A stretch of 64,000 nt of DNA. Origin: Escherichia coli (GTDB lineage: Bacteria > Pseudomonadota > Gammaproteobacteria > Enterobacterales > Enterobacteriaceae). Location of the stretch: the NCBI RefSeq assembly GCF_048403405.1, contig NZ_CP183129.1. One strand, written 5' to 3'. The notes under the pieces are model-generated. The model ran no database searches, was not told the DNA's origin, and saw only the letters and a list, made by a program, of their open reading frames with translations. This document shows, in pieces, positions 44,617-56,478 of the stretch (its first letter is position 1; each line of letters begins with the position of its first letter). The position numbers were made by a program, and so were the translations under genes.

Positions 44617-45174
44617 TTAAAACGTGGTGGGCGTATGGGCGCTGATAATTCGGCAAATACCTGCCGACGTATTACTGAAACTGTGCGGGATGCCGGTATT
44701 AATGGCATAACTTTGCCCCGCGACGAGGTGGTAATCCTGACCATTAATCGTCAGAACAATTTCACCTTCCAGTACAGTGCCTATTTCCTCACCCTGATGC
44801 TTAATTCTTTCCCCAGTGGTTGTGCCCGGCTGGTAAGTTTCAAAGATCATCGCCAGCGTGCGATTCGGGTTACCGTTATGAACCAGCTTCATTGACACAC
44901 CCTGACTGCCCATCTCAATTAAGTCGTCCTGATTAATGACGACCTGCGGCTCATCAGGTTTTTCCGGCTCGGAAAAGAATTCCGAGAGTGACAGACCATA
45001 CACCTTCAGCAGCTTTTGCAGCGTACTGATGGCAGGGCTGACTTTATCTTGTTCTATCGTACTGATAGCACTGTGAGTCAGCCCGGAGAGTTCGGCGGCA
45101 CGACGTTGTGAAAGCCCCTGCTGCTGGCGGATTTCCGACAAGCGTTTTCCTGGCGCCAGTCCCTCATCACTCAT
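44617..45174 (-). CDS. puuR: HTH-type repressor PuuR (XRE HTH plus cupin)
   Basis: 185-aa ORF with N-terminal XRE-type HTH and C-terminal cupin. Confidence 0.9.
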   Translation of the reverse strand: MSDEGLAPGKRLSEIRQQQGLSQRRAAELSGLTHSAISTIEQDKVSPAISTLQKLLKVYGLSLSEFFSEPEKPDEPQVVINQDDLIEMGSQGVSMKLVHNGNPNRTLAMIFETYQPGTTTGERIKHQGEEIGTVLEGEIVLTINGQDYHLVAGQSYAINTGIPHSFSNTSAGICRIISAHTPTTF

Positions 45175-45200
45175 ATTTGCATTTCCTTAAACTGTAGTGG

Positions 45201-45965
45201 TCAGAGTCGCTGTTTTTCAGCGATATGGTGCTGACAAGCGGTGATAAAGCCCTCGAACAATATACGCGAAAGCGCGTACTCGCTACTGTTCCATTCCGGG
45301 TGCCACTGTACGCCCAGCGCAAAAGGATGATTGATGACGCTAACCGCCTCAACTAAGCCATCCGGCGAGCGAGCTTCAACACGCAACCGTGGGCTAACGA
45401 CCTTCGCCCCTTGTCCATGCAGAGAGTTTACCCAAAAGTTGCTACATTCAGGTAACAACGCAGACAGTAATCCCCCCTCTTCAACCTGAACTTCATGCGA
45501 CGGCGCATATTGCTGCTCCACCGGCAGTTCGGGATCTTCCCGATGTTCCAGCAATTCAGGCTGTTCGCACAGCTTGCGATGCAACGAACCACCGGTTGCC
45601 ACCACCAGTTCCTGTAAACCCCGGCAGATGGCGAAAATGGGGATGCGCCTTTCGAGTGCGGCATTAATTAACGCCATGCTCAGAAGATCACGCCCGGGAT
45701 CGGCGTCAGGCTCATCGCCGTTTTCACCATATAGGTGCGGCTGCACATTGCTGGGACTACCAGGAAGATAAATGCCATCGAGTTTCGGCAAAAGTTGTTC
45801 AAGTAATGACGGTTCCGCCAGCGCATGTGGCAGCGCAATTGGCAAGCCGCCTGCGTGGATGATGGCATTCAGGTACTTTTCTTGCAGAGTCTGGGTCGCA
45901 TGACCCTTAAGCCTGTTCCTGCACATTACGACACCGATAACCGGATTGTTCATTATATTTTCCAT
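45201..45965 (-). CDS. puuD: Gamma-glutamyl-GABA hydrolase (class I glutamine amidotransferase-like)
   Basis: ORF 45201..45977; start at MENIMNNPVIG; nucleophile Cys in AICRGLQ. Confidence 0.88.
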   Translation of the reverse strand: MENIMNNPVIGVVMCRNRLKGHATQTLQEKYLNAIIHAGGLPIALPHALAEPSLLEQLLPKLDGIYLPGSPSNVQPHLYGENGDEPDADPGRDLLSMALINAALERRIPIFAICRGLQELVVATGGSLHRKLCEQPELLEHREDPELPVEQQYAPSHEVQVEEGGLLSALLPECSNFWVNSLHGQGAKVVSPRLRVEARSPDGLVEAVSVINHPFALGVQWHPEWNSSEYALSRILFEGFITACQHHIAEKQRL

Positions 45966-46176
45966 GCTCAATCTCACAAAGTGGACTAAATTATCGCCAT
46001 TACTGCGCTTTAAATGACCTTTATGTTCAATATTTTTTCAATCTAGCAGTGGGTTTTCATTTTTGCAAACTCAATTTAACATTTGACAAACATTTAGTTT
46101 GCATACAGATTCGAATGGTGGTCATTATATTTTACGCTTTGATAACGAGCGGAAAACAAACCAAAGGCGAAGAATC

Positions 46177-47595
46177 ATGGAAACCAATATCGTTGAAGTA
46201 GAGAACTTTGTTCAGCAGTCAGAAGAGAGGCGGGGTAGCGCCTTTACGCAGGAAGTGAAACGCTACCTGGAGCGCTACCCGAATACGCAATATGTTGATG
46301 TTTTACTTACCGATTTGAATGGTTGCTTCCGTGGAAAACGTATTCCTGTTTCAAGCCTGAAGAAGCTCGAGAAAGGGTGTTATTTCCCGGCCTCGGTATT
46401 TGCAATGGATATTCTGGGTAATGTAGTAGAAGAAGCGGGCCTGGGTCAGGAAATGGGCGAGCCGGATCGTACCTGTGTTCCTGTTCTCGGTTCCTTAACC
46501 CCTTCTGCCGCCGATCCAGAGTTTATAGGTCAGATGCTCCTGACCATGGTCGATGAAGATGGCGCTCCCTTTGACGTTGAGCCGCGGAACGTTCTTAACC
46601 GCCTGTGGCAGCAGCTGCGCCAGCGCGGATTGTTCCCGGTCGTAGCGGTAGAGCTGGAGTTCTATTTACTGGATCGCCAGCGCGACGCTGAAGGGTATCT
46701 GCAACCGCCCTGCGCGCCCGGCACCGATGACCGCAATACACAAAGCCAGGTTTACTCCGTTGATAATCTCAACCACTTCGCCGACGTGCTCAATGATATT
46801 GATGAACTGGCGCAGTTACAGCTGATTCCGGCAGATGGAGCGGTCGCTGAGGCCTCGCCAGGTCAGTTTGAAATCAATCTTTACCATACCGATAACGTGC
46901 TGGAAGCTTGCGATGATGCGCTGGCACTAAAACGCCTGGTGCGTCTGATGGCAGAAAAGCATAAGATGCACGCCACTTTTATGGCGAAGCCGTATGAAGA
47001 GCACGCGGGCAGCGGGATGCATATCCATATCAGTATGCAAAATAACCGTGGCGAGAACGTGCTTTCTGACGCGGAAGGCGAAGATTCGCCGCTGCTGAAA
47101 AAGATGCTTGCCGGGATGATTGACCTGATGCCGTCATCAATGGCGTTGCTGGCACCAAACGTGAACTCGTATCGCCGCTTCCAGCCAGGTATGTATGTAC
47201 CGACGCAGGCGTCGTGGGGCCATAACAACCGCACCGTCGCCCTGCGTATTCCGTGCGGCGATCGCCATAATCACCGCGTGGAATATCGCGTGGCGGGTGC
47301 CGATGCCAACCCGTATCTGGTGATGGCGGTGATTTTTGCCGGTATTTTGCATGGCCTTGATAACGAACTGCCATTACAGGAAGAAGTCGAAGGTAACGGG
47401 CTGGAACAGGAAGGCTTACCCTTCCCGATTCGTCAGAGCGATGCCCTGGGTGAGTTTATCGAGAATGATCACCTGCGCCGCTATTTAGGCGAACGCTTCT
47501 GCCATGTCTATCACGCCTGTAAAAATGATGAGCTGTTGCAGTTTGAGCGCCTCATCACAGAAACAGAAATTGAGTGGATGTTGAAAAACGCGTAA
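46177..47595 (+). CDS. puuA: Glutamate-putrescine ligase (glutamine synthetase family)
   Basis: ORF 46099..47595; start at METNIVEVENF (472 aa). Confidence 0.9.
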   Translation: METNIVEVENFVQQSEERRGSAFTQEVKRYLERYPNTQYVDVLLTDLNGCFRGKRIPVSSLKKLEKGCYFPASVFAMDILGNVVEEAGLGQEMGEPDRTCVPVLGSLTPSAADPEFIGQMLLTMVDEDGAPFDVEPRNVLNRLWQQLRQRGLFPVVAVELEFYLLDRQRDAEGYLQPPCAPGTDDRNTQSQVYSVDNLNHFADVLNDIDELAQLQLIPADGAVAEASPGQFEINLYHTDNVLEACDDALALKRLVRLMAEKHKMHATFMAKPYEEHAGSGMHIHISMQNNRGENVLSDAEGEDSPLLKKMLAGMIDLMPSSMALLAPNVNSYRRFQPGMYVPTQASWGHNNRTVALRIPCGDRHNHRVEYRVAGADANPYLVMAVIFAGILHGLDNELPLQEEVEGNGLEQEGLPFPIRQSDALGEFIENDHLRRYLGERFCHVYHACKNDELLQFERLITETEIEWMLKNA

Positions 47596-47603
47596 TACCC
47601 CTT

Positions 47604-47625
47604 GCGGGGTTGTTTCATCGGCCTG
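47604..47625 (+). terminator. Intrinsic terminator downstream of puuA
   Basis: Hairpin ACCCC-ttgc-GGGGT followed by TGTTTC. Confidence 0.55.
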
Positions 47626-47897
47626 AGCGGAGCCAGGCCTGACATTTGCTGGTAATCCAGACATTTTCCGGATGTCGCGTTATGGAGCGCAGGCGGCAAC
47701 GGGCTTCCGTTAACGATTAAGACTGTGACGAGGAAATGAGATGATGCCGATGATTAAATCCCCGCATGGCGAGGGAGGCTGCGTATGCGCCCCTCCTGCG
47801 ACTGACTGGACTCCGCCCCCTTTGCTTCCCTTGCTAAACAGGTTTGATTTCAGGTCGACACGACCGCGAACCTTATTACGCAGGGGAGGCAGCAATT

Positions 47898-49283
47898 ATG
47901 GCTATTAATTCACCACTAACTATTGCTGCGCAATCTGGCAAAACCCGTCTGCGAAAATCACTGAAATTGTGGCAGGTGGTGATGATGGGTCTGGCCTATC
48001 TCACGCCGATGACCGTATTTGATACTTTTGGTATTGTCTCCGGCATTAGCGACGGTCACGTTCCGGCGTCCTATTTGCTGGCGCTGGCGGGCGTGCTGTT
48101 TACCGCTATCAGCTACGGCAAACTGGTTCGCCAGTTTCCGGAAGCCGGTTCGGCCTATACCTACGCGCAAAAGTCGATTAACCCGCACGTCGGATTTATG
48201 GTCGGCTGGTCATCACTGCTGGATTATCTCTTTTTGCCAATGATCAACGTTTTATTGGCGAAAATCTATCTCTCCGCCCTCTTCCCGGAAGTGCCGCCGT
48301 GGGTGTGGGTGGTAACCTTCGTCGCCATTTTAACCGCCGCGAATCTGAAGAGCGTCAACCTGGTCGCTAACTTCAATACCCTGTTTGTACTGGTGCAAAT
48401 CTCCATCATGGTGGTGTTTATCTTCCTGGTGGTTCAGGGACTGCATAAAGGAGAAGGCGTTGGCACAGTCTGGTCACTTCAGCCGTTTATCAGCGAGAAC
48501 GCGCACCTGATCCCGATTATTACCGGGGCGACGATTGTCTGTTTCTCCTTCCTCGGTTTCGATGCGGTGACCACGCTTTCGGAAGAGACGCCGGACGCCG
48601 CACGCGTGATCCCAAAAGCCATCTTCCTGACGGCGGTATACGGCGGCGTTATCTTTATCGCTGCGTCGTTCTTTATGCAGCTGTTCTTTCCCGATATCAG
48701 CCGCTTTAAAGACCCGGACGCCGCACTGCCTGAAATTGCGCTGTACGTCGGCGGCAAGCTCTTCCAGTCGATTTTCCTCTGCACCACGTTTGTGAACACG
48801 TTAGCGTCTGGCCTGGCTTCACATGCCAGCGTGTCGCGTCTGCTGTATGTGATGGGGCGTGACAATGTGTTTCCGGAGCGCGTGTTTGGCTATGTGCACC
48901 CGAAATGGCGCACGCCAGCGCTGAACGTCATTATGGTCGGGATTGTTGCGCTGTCGGCGCTGTTCTTTGATTTAGTCACCGCGACAGCATTGATTAACTT
49001 CGGTGCTCTGGTGGCATTTACCTTCGTAAATCTGTCGGTGTTTAATCATTTCTGGCGGCGTAAAGGAATGAATAAAAGCTGGAAGGATCACTTTCACTAT
49101 TTGCTGATGCCGCTGGTTGGCGCGCTGACGGTGGGTGTGCTGTGGGTTAACCTCGAGTCAACGTCACTGACACTCGGTCTGGTATGGGCTTCGTTAGGCG
49201 GCGCATATTTGTGGTATCTGATCCGCCGCTATCGCAAAGTGCCGTTGTATGATGGTGACAGAACGCCGGTGAGCGAAACGTAA
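47898..49283 (+). CDS. puuP: Putrescine importer (APC superfamily)
   Basis: ORF 47844..49283; start at [10 protein letters not shown] (461 aa); 12-TM APC-type permease. Confidence 0.9.
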   Translation: MAINSPLTIAAQSGKTRLRKSLKLWQVVMMGLAYLTPMTVFDTFGIVSGISDGHVPASYLLALAGVLFTAISYGKLVRQFPEAGSAYTYAQKSINPHVGFMVGWSSLLDYLFLPMINVLLAKIYLSALFPEVPPWVWVVTFVAILTAANLKSVNLVANFNTLFVLVQISIMVVFIFLVVQGLHKGEGVGTVWSLQPFISENAHLIPIITGATIVCFSFLGFDAVTTLSEETPDAARVIPKAIFLTAVYGGVIFIAASFFMQLFFPDISRFKDPDAALPEIALYVGGKLFQSIFLCTTFVNTLASGLASHASVSRLLYVMGRDNVFPERVFGYVHPKWRTPALNVIMVGIVALSALFFDLVTATALINFGALVAFTFVNLSVFNHFWRRKGMNKSWKDHFHYLLMPLVGALTVGVLWVNLESTSLTLGLVWASLGGAYLWYLIRRYRKVPLYDGDRTPVSET

Positions 49284-49416
49284 TAGTCGGATGCGCGGCG
49301 CATTATCCTGCCTGAGGGTAATGCACCGCGCCATTAACTATAAAAAGATGTATGACCCGGATCACGAGTGCTATCATCCGCCCTTATGCTTAGCGCATTA
49401 ACCCCAGGGGCAAATA

Positions 49417-49662
49417 ATGAACCACGATATCCCGCTAAAATATTTTGATATTGCCGATGAGTACGCGACCGAATGCGCAGAGCCTGTCGCAGACGCTGAA
49501 CGCACACCGCTGGCCCACTACTTCCAGTTACTGCTCACCCGTTTGATGAACAATGAAGAGATCAGCGAAGAAGCCCAACATGAAATGGCTGCTGAAGCGG
49601 GGATTAATCCCGTACGCATTGATGAGATCGCAGAGTTTTTGAATCAATGGGGTAATGAGTAA
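49417..49662 (+). CDS. ymjA: Small acidic protein YmjA (DUF2543)
   Basis: 81-aa ORF between puuP and sapA as in K-12. Confidence 0.8.
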   Translation: MNHDIPLKYFDIADEYATECAEPVADAERTPLAHYFQLLLTRLMNNEEISEEAQHEMAAEAGINPVRIDEIAEFLNQWGNE

Positions 49663-49695
49663 TTATTTCATTGCAGACGCTCGGTCAGTATCGTT

Positions 49696-49726
49696 GCCCG
49701 GATAAAGCGTTCACGCCGCATCCGGC
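49696..49726. repeat. REP element between ymjA and sapA
   Basis: GCCCGGATAAAGCGTTCACGCCGCATCCGGC, a canonical REP palindrome. Confidence 0.8.
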
Positions 49727-49974
49727 TAAAAATGACACGCACTGCAGCGTGCTTTAATGGGGTTCTCACGATCGTACCGCTCTGCTCCTCGCTAAGTTGT
49801 TCTGTGAGTTATAGTTATAGAGAAATCACGGGTACGAATGTTGAACAGATGGCGACGTCACCTGTTCAACGACCAACCACACGGCCCTCATTACGACCCC
49901 TGAACACAAACGGTAATGGCAAATGTCATTAAATATTAGTAAGATAGCCTCTTTACATAAAATCCATTAATATT

Positions 49975-51618
49975 ATGCGCCAGGTATTATCGTCTCTTTT
50001 GGTGATTGCTGGACTTGTGAGTGGTCAGGCAATCGCCGCGCCTGAATCCCCCCCGCATGCTGATATCCGCGACAGCGGTTTTGTCTATTGCGTCAGCGGG
50101 CAAGTCAACACCTTTAACCCATCCAAAGCGAGCAGTGGGTTAATTGTCGATACCCTTGCCGCCCAGTTTTATGATCGACTGCTGGATGTCGATCCCTATA
50201 CCTATCGCCTGATGCCGGAACTTGCCGAAAGCTGGGAAGTTCTCGATAACGGCGCGACCTATCGCTTCCACCTGCGTCGCGATGTTCCGTTTCAAAAAAC
50301 CGACTGGTTTACTCCCACTCGTAAAATGAATGCCGACGATGTGGTGTTTACCTTCCAGCGAATTTTTGACCGCAACAACCCGTGGCATAACGTCAACGGC
50401 AGCAACTTCCCCTACTTCGACAGCCTGCAATTTGCCGATAACGTGAAAAGCGTCCGCAAACTGGATAATCATACGGTTGAGTTCCGACTCGCCCAGCCGG
50501 ATGCTTCTTTTTTGTGGCACCTGGCGACCCATTATGCATCGGTCATGTCGGCAGAATATGCCCGGAAGTTAGAGAAAGAAGATCGCCAGGAGCAACTCGA
50601 CCGTCAACCGGTCGGCACTGGACCGTATCAGTTGTCGGAATACCGCGCCGGGCAATTTATTCGCCTACAACGTCATGATGACTTCTGGCGCGGTAAACCG
50701 TTAATGCCGCAGGTGGTGGTGGATTTAGGCTCCGGCGGCACCGGACGTCTGTCGAAACTCCTGACCGGGGAATGCGACGTTCTGGCCTGGCCTGCTGCGA
50801 GCCAGCTATCCATTTTGCGTGACGACCCGCGCTTGCGTTTAACGCTGCGTCCTGGGATGAACGTCGCCTATCTGGCATTTAACACCGCCAAACCGCCACT
50901 AAATAATCCCGATGTCCGCCATGCGCTGGCACTGGCGATTAATAACCAGCGCCTGATGCAATCCATCTATTATGGTACGGCTGAAACGGCGGCCTCTATT
51001 TTACCGCGCGCCTCGTGGGCCTATGACAACGAGGCTAAAATTACTGAATATAATCCGGCGAAATCGCGCGAACAGTTGAAGGCGTTGGGGCTGGAAAACT
51101 TAACGCTGAAACTGTGGGTACCAACACGTTCGCAGGCGTGGAACCCCAGTCCACTGAAAACTGCCGAATTGATTCAGGCGGATATGGCACAGGTTGGCGT
51201 AAAAGTGGTGATTGTGCCGGTAGAAGGTCGCTTTCAGGAGGCGCGGTTGATGGATATGAGCCATGATCTGACGTTATCCGGTTGGGCGACTGACAGTAAC
51301 GACCCGGACAGTTTCTTCCGTCCGTTACTGAGCTGCGCGGCAATTCATTCGCAGACCAACCTCGCCCACTGGTGCGATCCGAAATTCGACAGCGTATTGC
51401 GTAAGGCGCTCTCCTCGCAGCAACTGGCGGCGCGCATCGAAGCCTATGACGAAGCGCAGAGTATTCTGGCGCAGGAATTGCCCATTTTGCCGCTGGCGTC
51501 GTCATTGCGTTTGCAGGCCTATCGGTACGATATCAAAGGTCTGGTACTTAGCCCGTTTGGTAACGCCTCCTTTGCTGGGGTGTATCGCGAGAAACAGGAT
51601 GAGGTGAAAAAACCATGA
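49975..51618 (+). CDS. sapA: Periplasmic peptide-binding protein SapA (SBP family 5)
   Basis: 547-aa ORF with signal peptide. Confidence 0.9.
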   Translation: MRQVLSSLLVIAGLVSGQAIAAPESPPHADIRDSGFVYCVSGQVNTFNPSKASSGLIVDTLAAQFYDRLLDVDPYTYRLMPELAESWEVLDNGATYRFHLRRDVPFQKTDWFTPTRKMNADDVVFTFQRIFDRNNPWHNVNGSNFPYFDSLQFADNVKSVRKLDNHTVEFRLAQPDASFLWHLATHYASVMSAEYARKLEKEDRQEQLDRQPVGTGPYQLSEYRAGQFIRLQRHDDFWRGKPLMPQVVVDLGSGGTGRLSKLLTGECDVLAWPAASQLSILRDDPRLRLTLRPGMNVAYLAFNTAKPPLNNPDVRHALALAINNQRLMQSIYYGTAETAASILPRASWAYDNEAKITEYNPAKSREQLKALGLENLTLKLWVPTRSQAWNPSPLKTAELIQADMAQVGVKVVIVPVEGRFQEARLMDMSHDLTLSGWATDSNDPDSFFRPLLSCAAIHSQTNLAHWCDPKFDSVLRKALSSQQLAARIEAYDEAQSILAQELPILPLASSLRLQAYRYDIKGLVLSPFGNASFAGVYREKQDEVKKP

Positions 51619-52580
51619 TTATCTTCACCTTACGCCGCATTTTGTTATTGATTGTCACCTTGTTCCTGCTGACCTTCGTTGGCTTCAGCTTGAGCTATTT
51701 CACTCCACACGCGCCGTTACAAGGCGCGTCACTGTGGAATGCCTGGGTGTTCTGGTTTAATGGCCTGATCCACTGGGATTTTGGTGTTTCCAGCATTAAC
51801 GGTCAACCGATTGCCGAACAGTTAAAAGAGGTCTTCCCGGCGACGATGGAACTGTGCATCCTCGCCTTCGGTTTTGCGCTGATTGTTGGCATCCCCGTGG
51901 GGATGATTGCCGGGATTACGCGCCATAAGTGGCAGGATAACTTGATCAACGCCATCGCCTTACTGGGCTTTTCCATCCCGGTGTTCTGGCTGGCGCTTCT
52001 GTTGACGCTATTTTGTTCACTCACGCTAGGTTGGTTGCCCGTTTCAGGGCGTTTCGATCTGCTCTACGAAGTGAAACCGATTACCGGTTTTGCGTTGATT
52101 GATGCCTGGCTTTCGGACTCACCATGGCGGGATGAAATGGTCATGAGCGCAATCCGCCATATGATATTGCCCGTGATCACCCTGTCGGTTGCGCCAACAA
52201 CTGAAGTGATCCGACTGATGCGTATCAGCACTATCGAAGTGTATGACCAGAACTATGTTAAAGCAGCGGCGACCCGCGGTTTGTCGCGCTTTACTATTTT
52301 GCGTCGCCACGTTCTGCATAACGCGTTACCTCCGGTTATTCCTCGCCTGGGCTTACAGTTTTCTACCATGCTGACGCTGGCGATGATCACCGAAATGGTT
52401 TTTAGCTGGCCGGGTTTAGGGCGCTGGTTAATTAACGCTATCCGCCAGCAGGATTACGCAGCCATTTCCGCCGGAGTGATGGTGTGTGGCTCACTGGTCA
52501 TTATTGTTAACGTGATTTCTGATATTTTGGGTGCCATGGCTAACCCTCTGAAACATAAGGAATGGTATGCCTTACGATAG
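51615..52580 (+). CDS. sapB: ABC permease SapB
   Basis: 321-aa polytopic membrane protein; overlaps sapA stop. Confidence 0.9.
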
Positions 52581-53457
52581 CGTATACAGCGAAAAGCGCC
52601 CGCCGGGCACGCTGCGTACCGCCTGGCGCAAATTTTATAGTGACGCCTCTGCGATGGTCGGCCTGTACGGCTGCGCGGGGCTGGCTGTACTGTGTATTTT
52701 TGGCGGCTGGTTTGCGCCTTACGGCATCGATCAGCAATTTCTCGGTTATCAATTATTGCCACCGTCATGGTCGCGCTATGGCGAAGTTTCTTTCTTCCTT
52801 GGGACTGACGACCTCGGACGCGATGTTTTAAGCCGTTTACTGAGCGGAGCTGCGCCAACCGTAGGCGGCGCATTTGTGGTGACGCTTGCCGCGACGATCT
52901 GTGGCCTGGTACTGGGCACCTTCGCCGGGGCGACGCACGGCCTACGCTCAGCGGTGCTTAACCATATTCTGGATACCTTACTGGCGATCCCTTCCCTACT
53001 GCTGGCAATTATCGTTGTAGCGTTTGCCGGACCGAGTTTGTCTCACGCCATGTTTGCCGTCTGGCTGGCGCTGCTGCCTCGTATGGTACGTTCGATTTAC
53101 AGCATGGTGCATGACGAACTGGAAAAAGAGTACGTTATCGCCGCCCGTCTGGATGGCGCATCAACGCTGAATATTCTCTGGTTTGCTGTGATGCCAAACA
53201 TCACCGCCGGGCTGGTCACCGAGATCACCCGCGCACTGTCGATGGCAATTCTCGATATCGCCGCGCTGGGCTTTCTCGATCTCGGCGCACAACTCCCCTC
53301 ACCTGAATGGGGAGCGATGCTCGGTGATGCGCTGGAACTGATTTATGTCGCTCCGTGGACTGTCATGCTGCCAGGTGCGGCAATTATGATTAGCGTGCTG
53401 TTGGTTAACCTCCTTGGCGACGGTGTCCGTCGTGCAATTATTGCGGGGGTGGAATAA
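52567..53457 (+). CDS. sapC: ABC permease SapC
   Basis: 296-aa polytopic membrane protein. Confidence 0.9.
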
Positions 53458-54449
53458 TGCCATTACTCGATATTCGTAACCTGACCATTGAATTTAAAAC
53501 CGGTGATGAGTGGGTTAAAGCCGTCGACCGCGTAAGTATGACCTTAACCGAAGGTGAAATCCGCGGTCTTGTTGGCGAATCAGGTTCCGGCAAAAGTTTG
53601 ATTGCGAAAGCAATTTGTGGGGTGAATAAAGATAACTGGCGTGTTACAGCTGATCGTATGCGTTTTGATGATATCGATTTGCTGCGTCTCTCCGCACGCG
53701 AACGGCGCAAGCTGGTTGGTCACAACGTGTCGATGATTTTCCAGGAACCGCAGTCGTGTCTTGATCCTTCAGAACGAGTGGGTCGCCAGTTGATGCAAAA
53801 CATCCCAGCCTGGACCTATAAAGGCCGTTGGTGGCAGCGTTTTGGCTGGCGCAAACGCCGTGCCATTGAACTGCTGCACCGCGTGGGGATTAAAGATCAC
53901 AAAGATGCGATGCGCAGTTTTCCCTATGAGTTGACCGAAGGTGAATGTCAGAAAGTGATGATAGCCATTGCACTGGCGAATCAACCGCGTCTGCTGATTG
54001 CTGACGAACCGACAAACTCAATGGAGCCAACAACCCAGGCGCAAATCTTTCGCCTCCTGACGCGTCTCAATCAAAACAGCAATACCACTATTTTGCTTAT
54101 CAGCCATGACTTACAAATGCTTAGCCAATGGGCGGATAAAATTAACGTGCTTTACTGCGGTCAAACGGTGGAAACCGCGCCAAGTAAGGAATTGGTGACA
54201 ATGCCACATCATCCTTATACCCAGGCGCTGATCCGCGCGATACCAGACTTCGGCAGCGCGATGCCGCATAAAAGTCGCCTCAATACGCTGCCCGGCGCTA
54301 TCCCACTGCTGGAACAGTTACCGATTGGGTGTCGTCTGGGGCCGCGTTGCCCGTATGCACAACGAGAATGCATTGTGACGCCACGTTTGACGGGGGCGAA
54401 AAATCATCTCTATGCCTGTCATTTCCCGCTGAACATGGAGAAAGAGTGA
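53457..54449 (+). CDS. sapD: ABC ATP-binding protein SapD
   Basis: 330-aa ORF; Walker A GESGSGKS. Confidence 0.9.
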
Positions 54450-54450
54450 G

Positions 54451-55257
54451 ATGATCGAAACGCTGCTTGAAGTGCGTAATTTAAGTAAAACGTTCCGCTA
54501 CCGGACCGGCTGGTTTCGTCGTCAGACCGTAGAAGCGGTAAAACCCTTGAGCTTTACGCTACGTGAAGGCCAGACACTGGCGATCATTGGTGAGAATGGT
54601 TCTGGTAAATCCACGCTGGCAAAAATGCTGGCGGGAATGATAGAACCTACCAGCGGCGAGTTATTGATTGACGATCATCCGCTGCATTTTGGCGATTATT
54701 CCTTCCGCAGTCAGCGTATTCGCATGATTTTTCAGGATCCTTCGACCTCGTTGAATCCCCGTCAACGTATCTCGCAAATTCTGGATTTTCCACTGCGTCT
54801 GAACACCGATCTGGAACCTGAACAGCGTCGCAAACAGATTATTGAAACGATGCGTATGGTTGGGCTGCTACCGGATCACGTCAGTTACTATCCGCATATG
54901 TTGGCACCCGGGCAAAAACAGCGTCTGGGGCTGGCGCGCGCGCTGATATTGCGCCCAAAAGTCATTATTGCCGATGAAGCCCTCGCCTCACTGGATATGT
55001 CGATGCGTTCGCAGTTGATTAATCTGATGCTTGAGTTACAGGAAAAACAGGGCATTTCGTATATTTATGTTACCCAGCATATCGGAATGATGAAGCACAT
55101 TAGCGACCAGGTGCTGGTGATGCATCAGGGCGAGGTTGTCGAGCGAGGCAGCACCGCCGATGTGCTGGCATCGCCGCTGCATGAACTCACCAAACGGCTG
55201 ATCGCCGGTCATTTTGGCGAGGCATTGACGGCGGATGCGTGGCGTAAGGACCGTTAG
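54451..55257 (+). CDS. sapF: ABC ATP-binding protein SapF
   Basis: 268-aa ORF; Walker A GENGSGKST. Confidence 0.9.
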   Translation: MIETLLEVRNLSKTFRYRTGWFRRQTVEAVKPLSFTLREGQTLAIIGENGSGKSTLAKMLAGMIEPTSGELLIDDHPLHFGDYSFRSQRIRMIFQDPSTSLNPRQRISQILDFPLRLNTDLEPEQRRKQIIETMRMVGLLPDHVSYYPHMLAPGQKQRLGLARALILRPKVIIADEALASLDMSMRSQLINLMLELQEKQGISYIYVTQHIGMMKHISDQVLVMHQGEVVERGSTADVLASPLHELTKRLIAGHFGEALTADAWRKDR

Positions 55258-55264
55258 TGTTTTG

Positions 55265-55302
55265 CACCTCATCCTGACAGGGGCCCCCCTCAGGATGAGG
55301 TG
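55265..55302. terminator. Bidirectional terminator hairpin between sapF and the efflux-island MFS gene
   Basis: Perfect 13-bp stem CACCTCATCCTGA / TCAGGATGAGGTG with a 12-nt G/C-rich loop; T-run follows on the plus strand. Confidence 0.7.
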
Positions 55303-55306
55303 TTCA

Positions 55307-56470
55307 TTACTTTTGATTGTCGATTCTGGTGAGAGCAACCAGCAATGCCAGCGTATAACACACCGTAATTGCCAGACTCATTTTTAACAGTGTTTCTCCG
55401 CCAATTCCCGACAATGGCGCGGCTATACCGCCGAAGACAAACATGCTCATCCCCATCAACGCAGACGCCGTTCCAGATTCCTGCGTCCCTACTGCACTCA
55501 TAGCCTCTGCCCCGCCAACAGTGCCGATGCCGCTACAAAATGCGATGGTGAAAAATAATGCCACCAGTGCCGGAATGGGCAATTGTATCCATGCGCATAA
55601 GACCGTGAGCAATGCACACAAAATTGCCGCTATCAGGCCACCTCGCAACAATGTCATCGCGTTAATCCGTCGCGCCAGGCGCGAGAAGATCCATGAAGCA
55701 ATGATAAGTCCGATGCCGTTAAGGCCAAACACCAGGCTAAATTGCATTGGATTAAAGCCAAATTCCTTCTGCAACACGAACGACGAAGAGCCGATATATG
55801 CAAACAAACCGGCCAGCATAAAACTTTGAATCAGGCAAAAGCGCATAAAACGGCGGTTCTGCACCACGCTTCGTCCGGTTAATAGCAATGATGAGCCCCT
55901 TTTATTTTCTGGCAAGGTCTCATTAATAAATAACAGGCAGCCCAGCAACAGTACGGTGCTAATTTCAGCCATTACCCAGAATAAAGTGCGCCAGTCAAAA
56001 GTGCTGACAATGTACCCGCCCAGCACTGGCGACAACACCGGTGCCAGGCCATTCACCGTCATTAACAGCGCAAAAAACTGGGTCAACGTTACTCCCTGAT
56101 ATTTGTCACGAGCAATAGAACGAGAGAGCACCGAACCACCCGCCCCCGCGATCCCTTGAATAAAACGCCAGACCACCAGCCAGTAAATATTGTTCGTTGT
56201 CGCGCACAAAATGGAAGAAACAATAAACAATAGCAACGACAAGATTAACGGACGTTTACGCCCTATTTTGTCGCTCAGAGGGCCAAATAACAGTTGTCCG
56301 ACGCCAAGACCGATCAGTGATGCAGTCAGCGTTAATTGCGTTATGGTCGTGGTTGCCGCCAGTTGCTCAGACATCTCCGGCAAAGCCGGCAAATAAAGAT
56401 CGGTACACATCGGGCCGATACCGGCTAAAAGACCAAGAATCAATGCCCATGAAAGAGAGACTCTAGCCAT
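55307..56470 (-). CDS. MFS transporter, DHA1 (Bcr/CflA-like) drug:H+ antiporter family
   Basis: 387-aa ORF with 12 predicted TM helices and the DHA1-type motif GPLSDKIGRKRPL after TM2; AGGA Shine-Dalgarno inside the 3' end of the upstream OMF gene. Confidence 0.8.
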   Translation of the reverse strand: MARVSLSWALILGLLAGIGPMCTDLYLPALPEMSEQLAATTTITQLTLTASLIGLGVGQLLFGPLSDKIGRKRPLILSLLLFIVSSILCATTNNIYWLVVWRFIQGIAGAGGSVLSRSIARDKYQGVTLTQFFALLMTVNGLAPVLSPVLGGYIVSTFDWRTLFWVMAEISTVLLLGCLLFINETLPENKRGSSLLLTGRSVVQNRRFMRFCLIQSFMLAGLFAYIGSSSFVLQKEFGFNPMQFSLVFGLNGIGLIIASWIFSRLARRINAMTLLRGGLIAAILCALLTVLCAWIQLPIPALVALFFTIAFCSGIGTVGGAEAMSAVGTQESGTASALMGMSMFVFGGIAAPLSGIGGETLLKMSLAITVCYTLALLVALTRIDNQK

Positions 56471-56478
56471 ATTATTCC

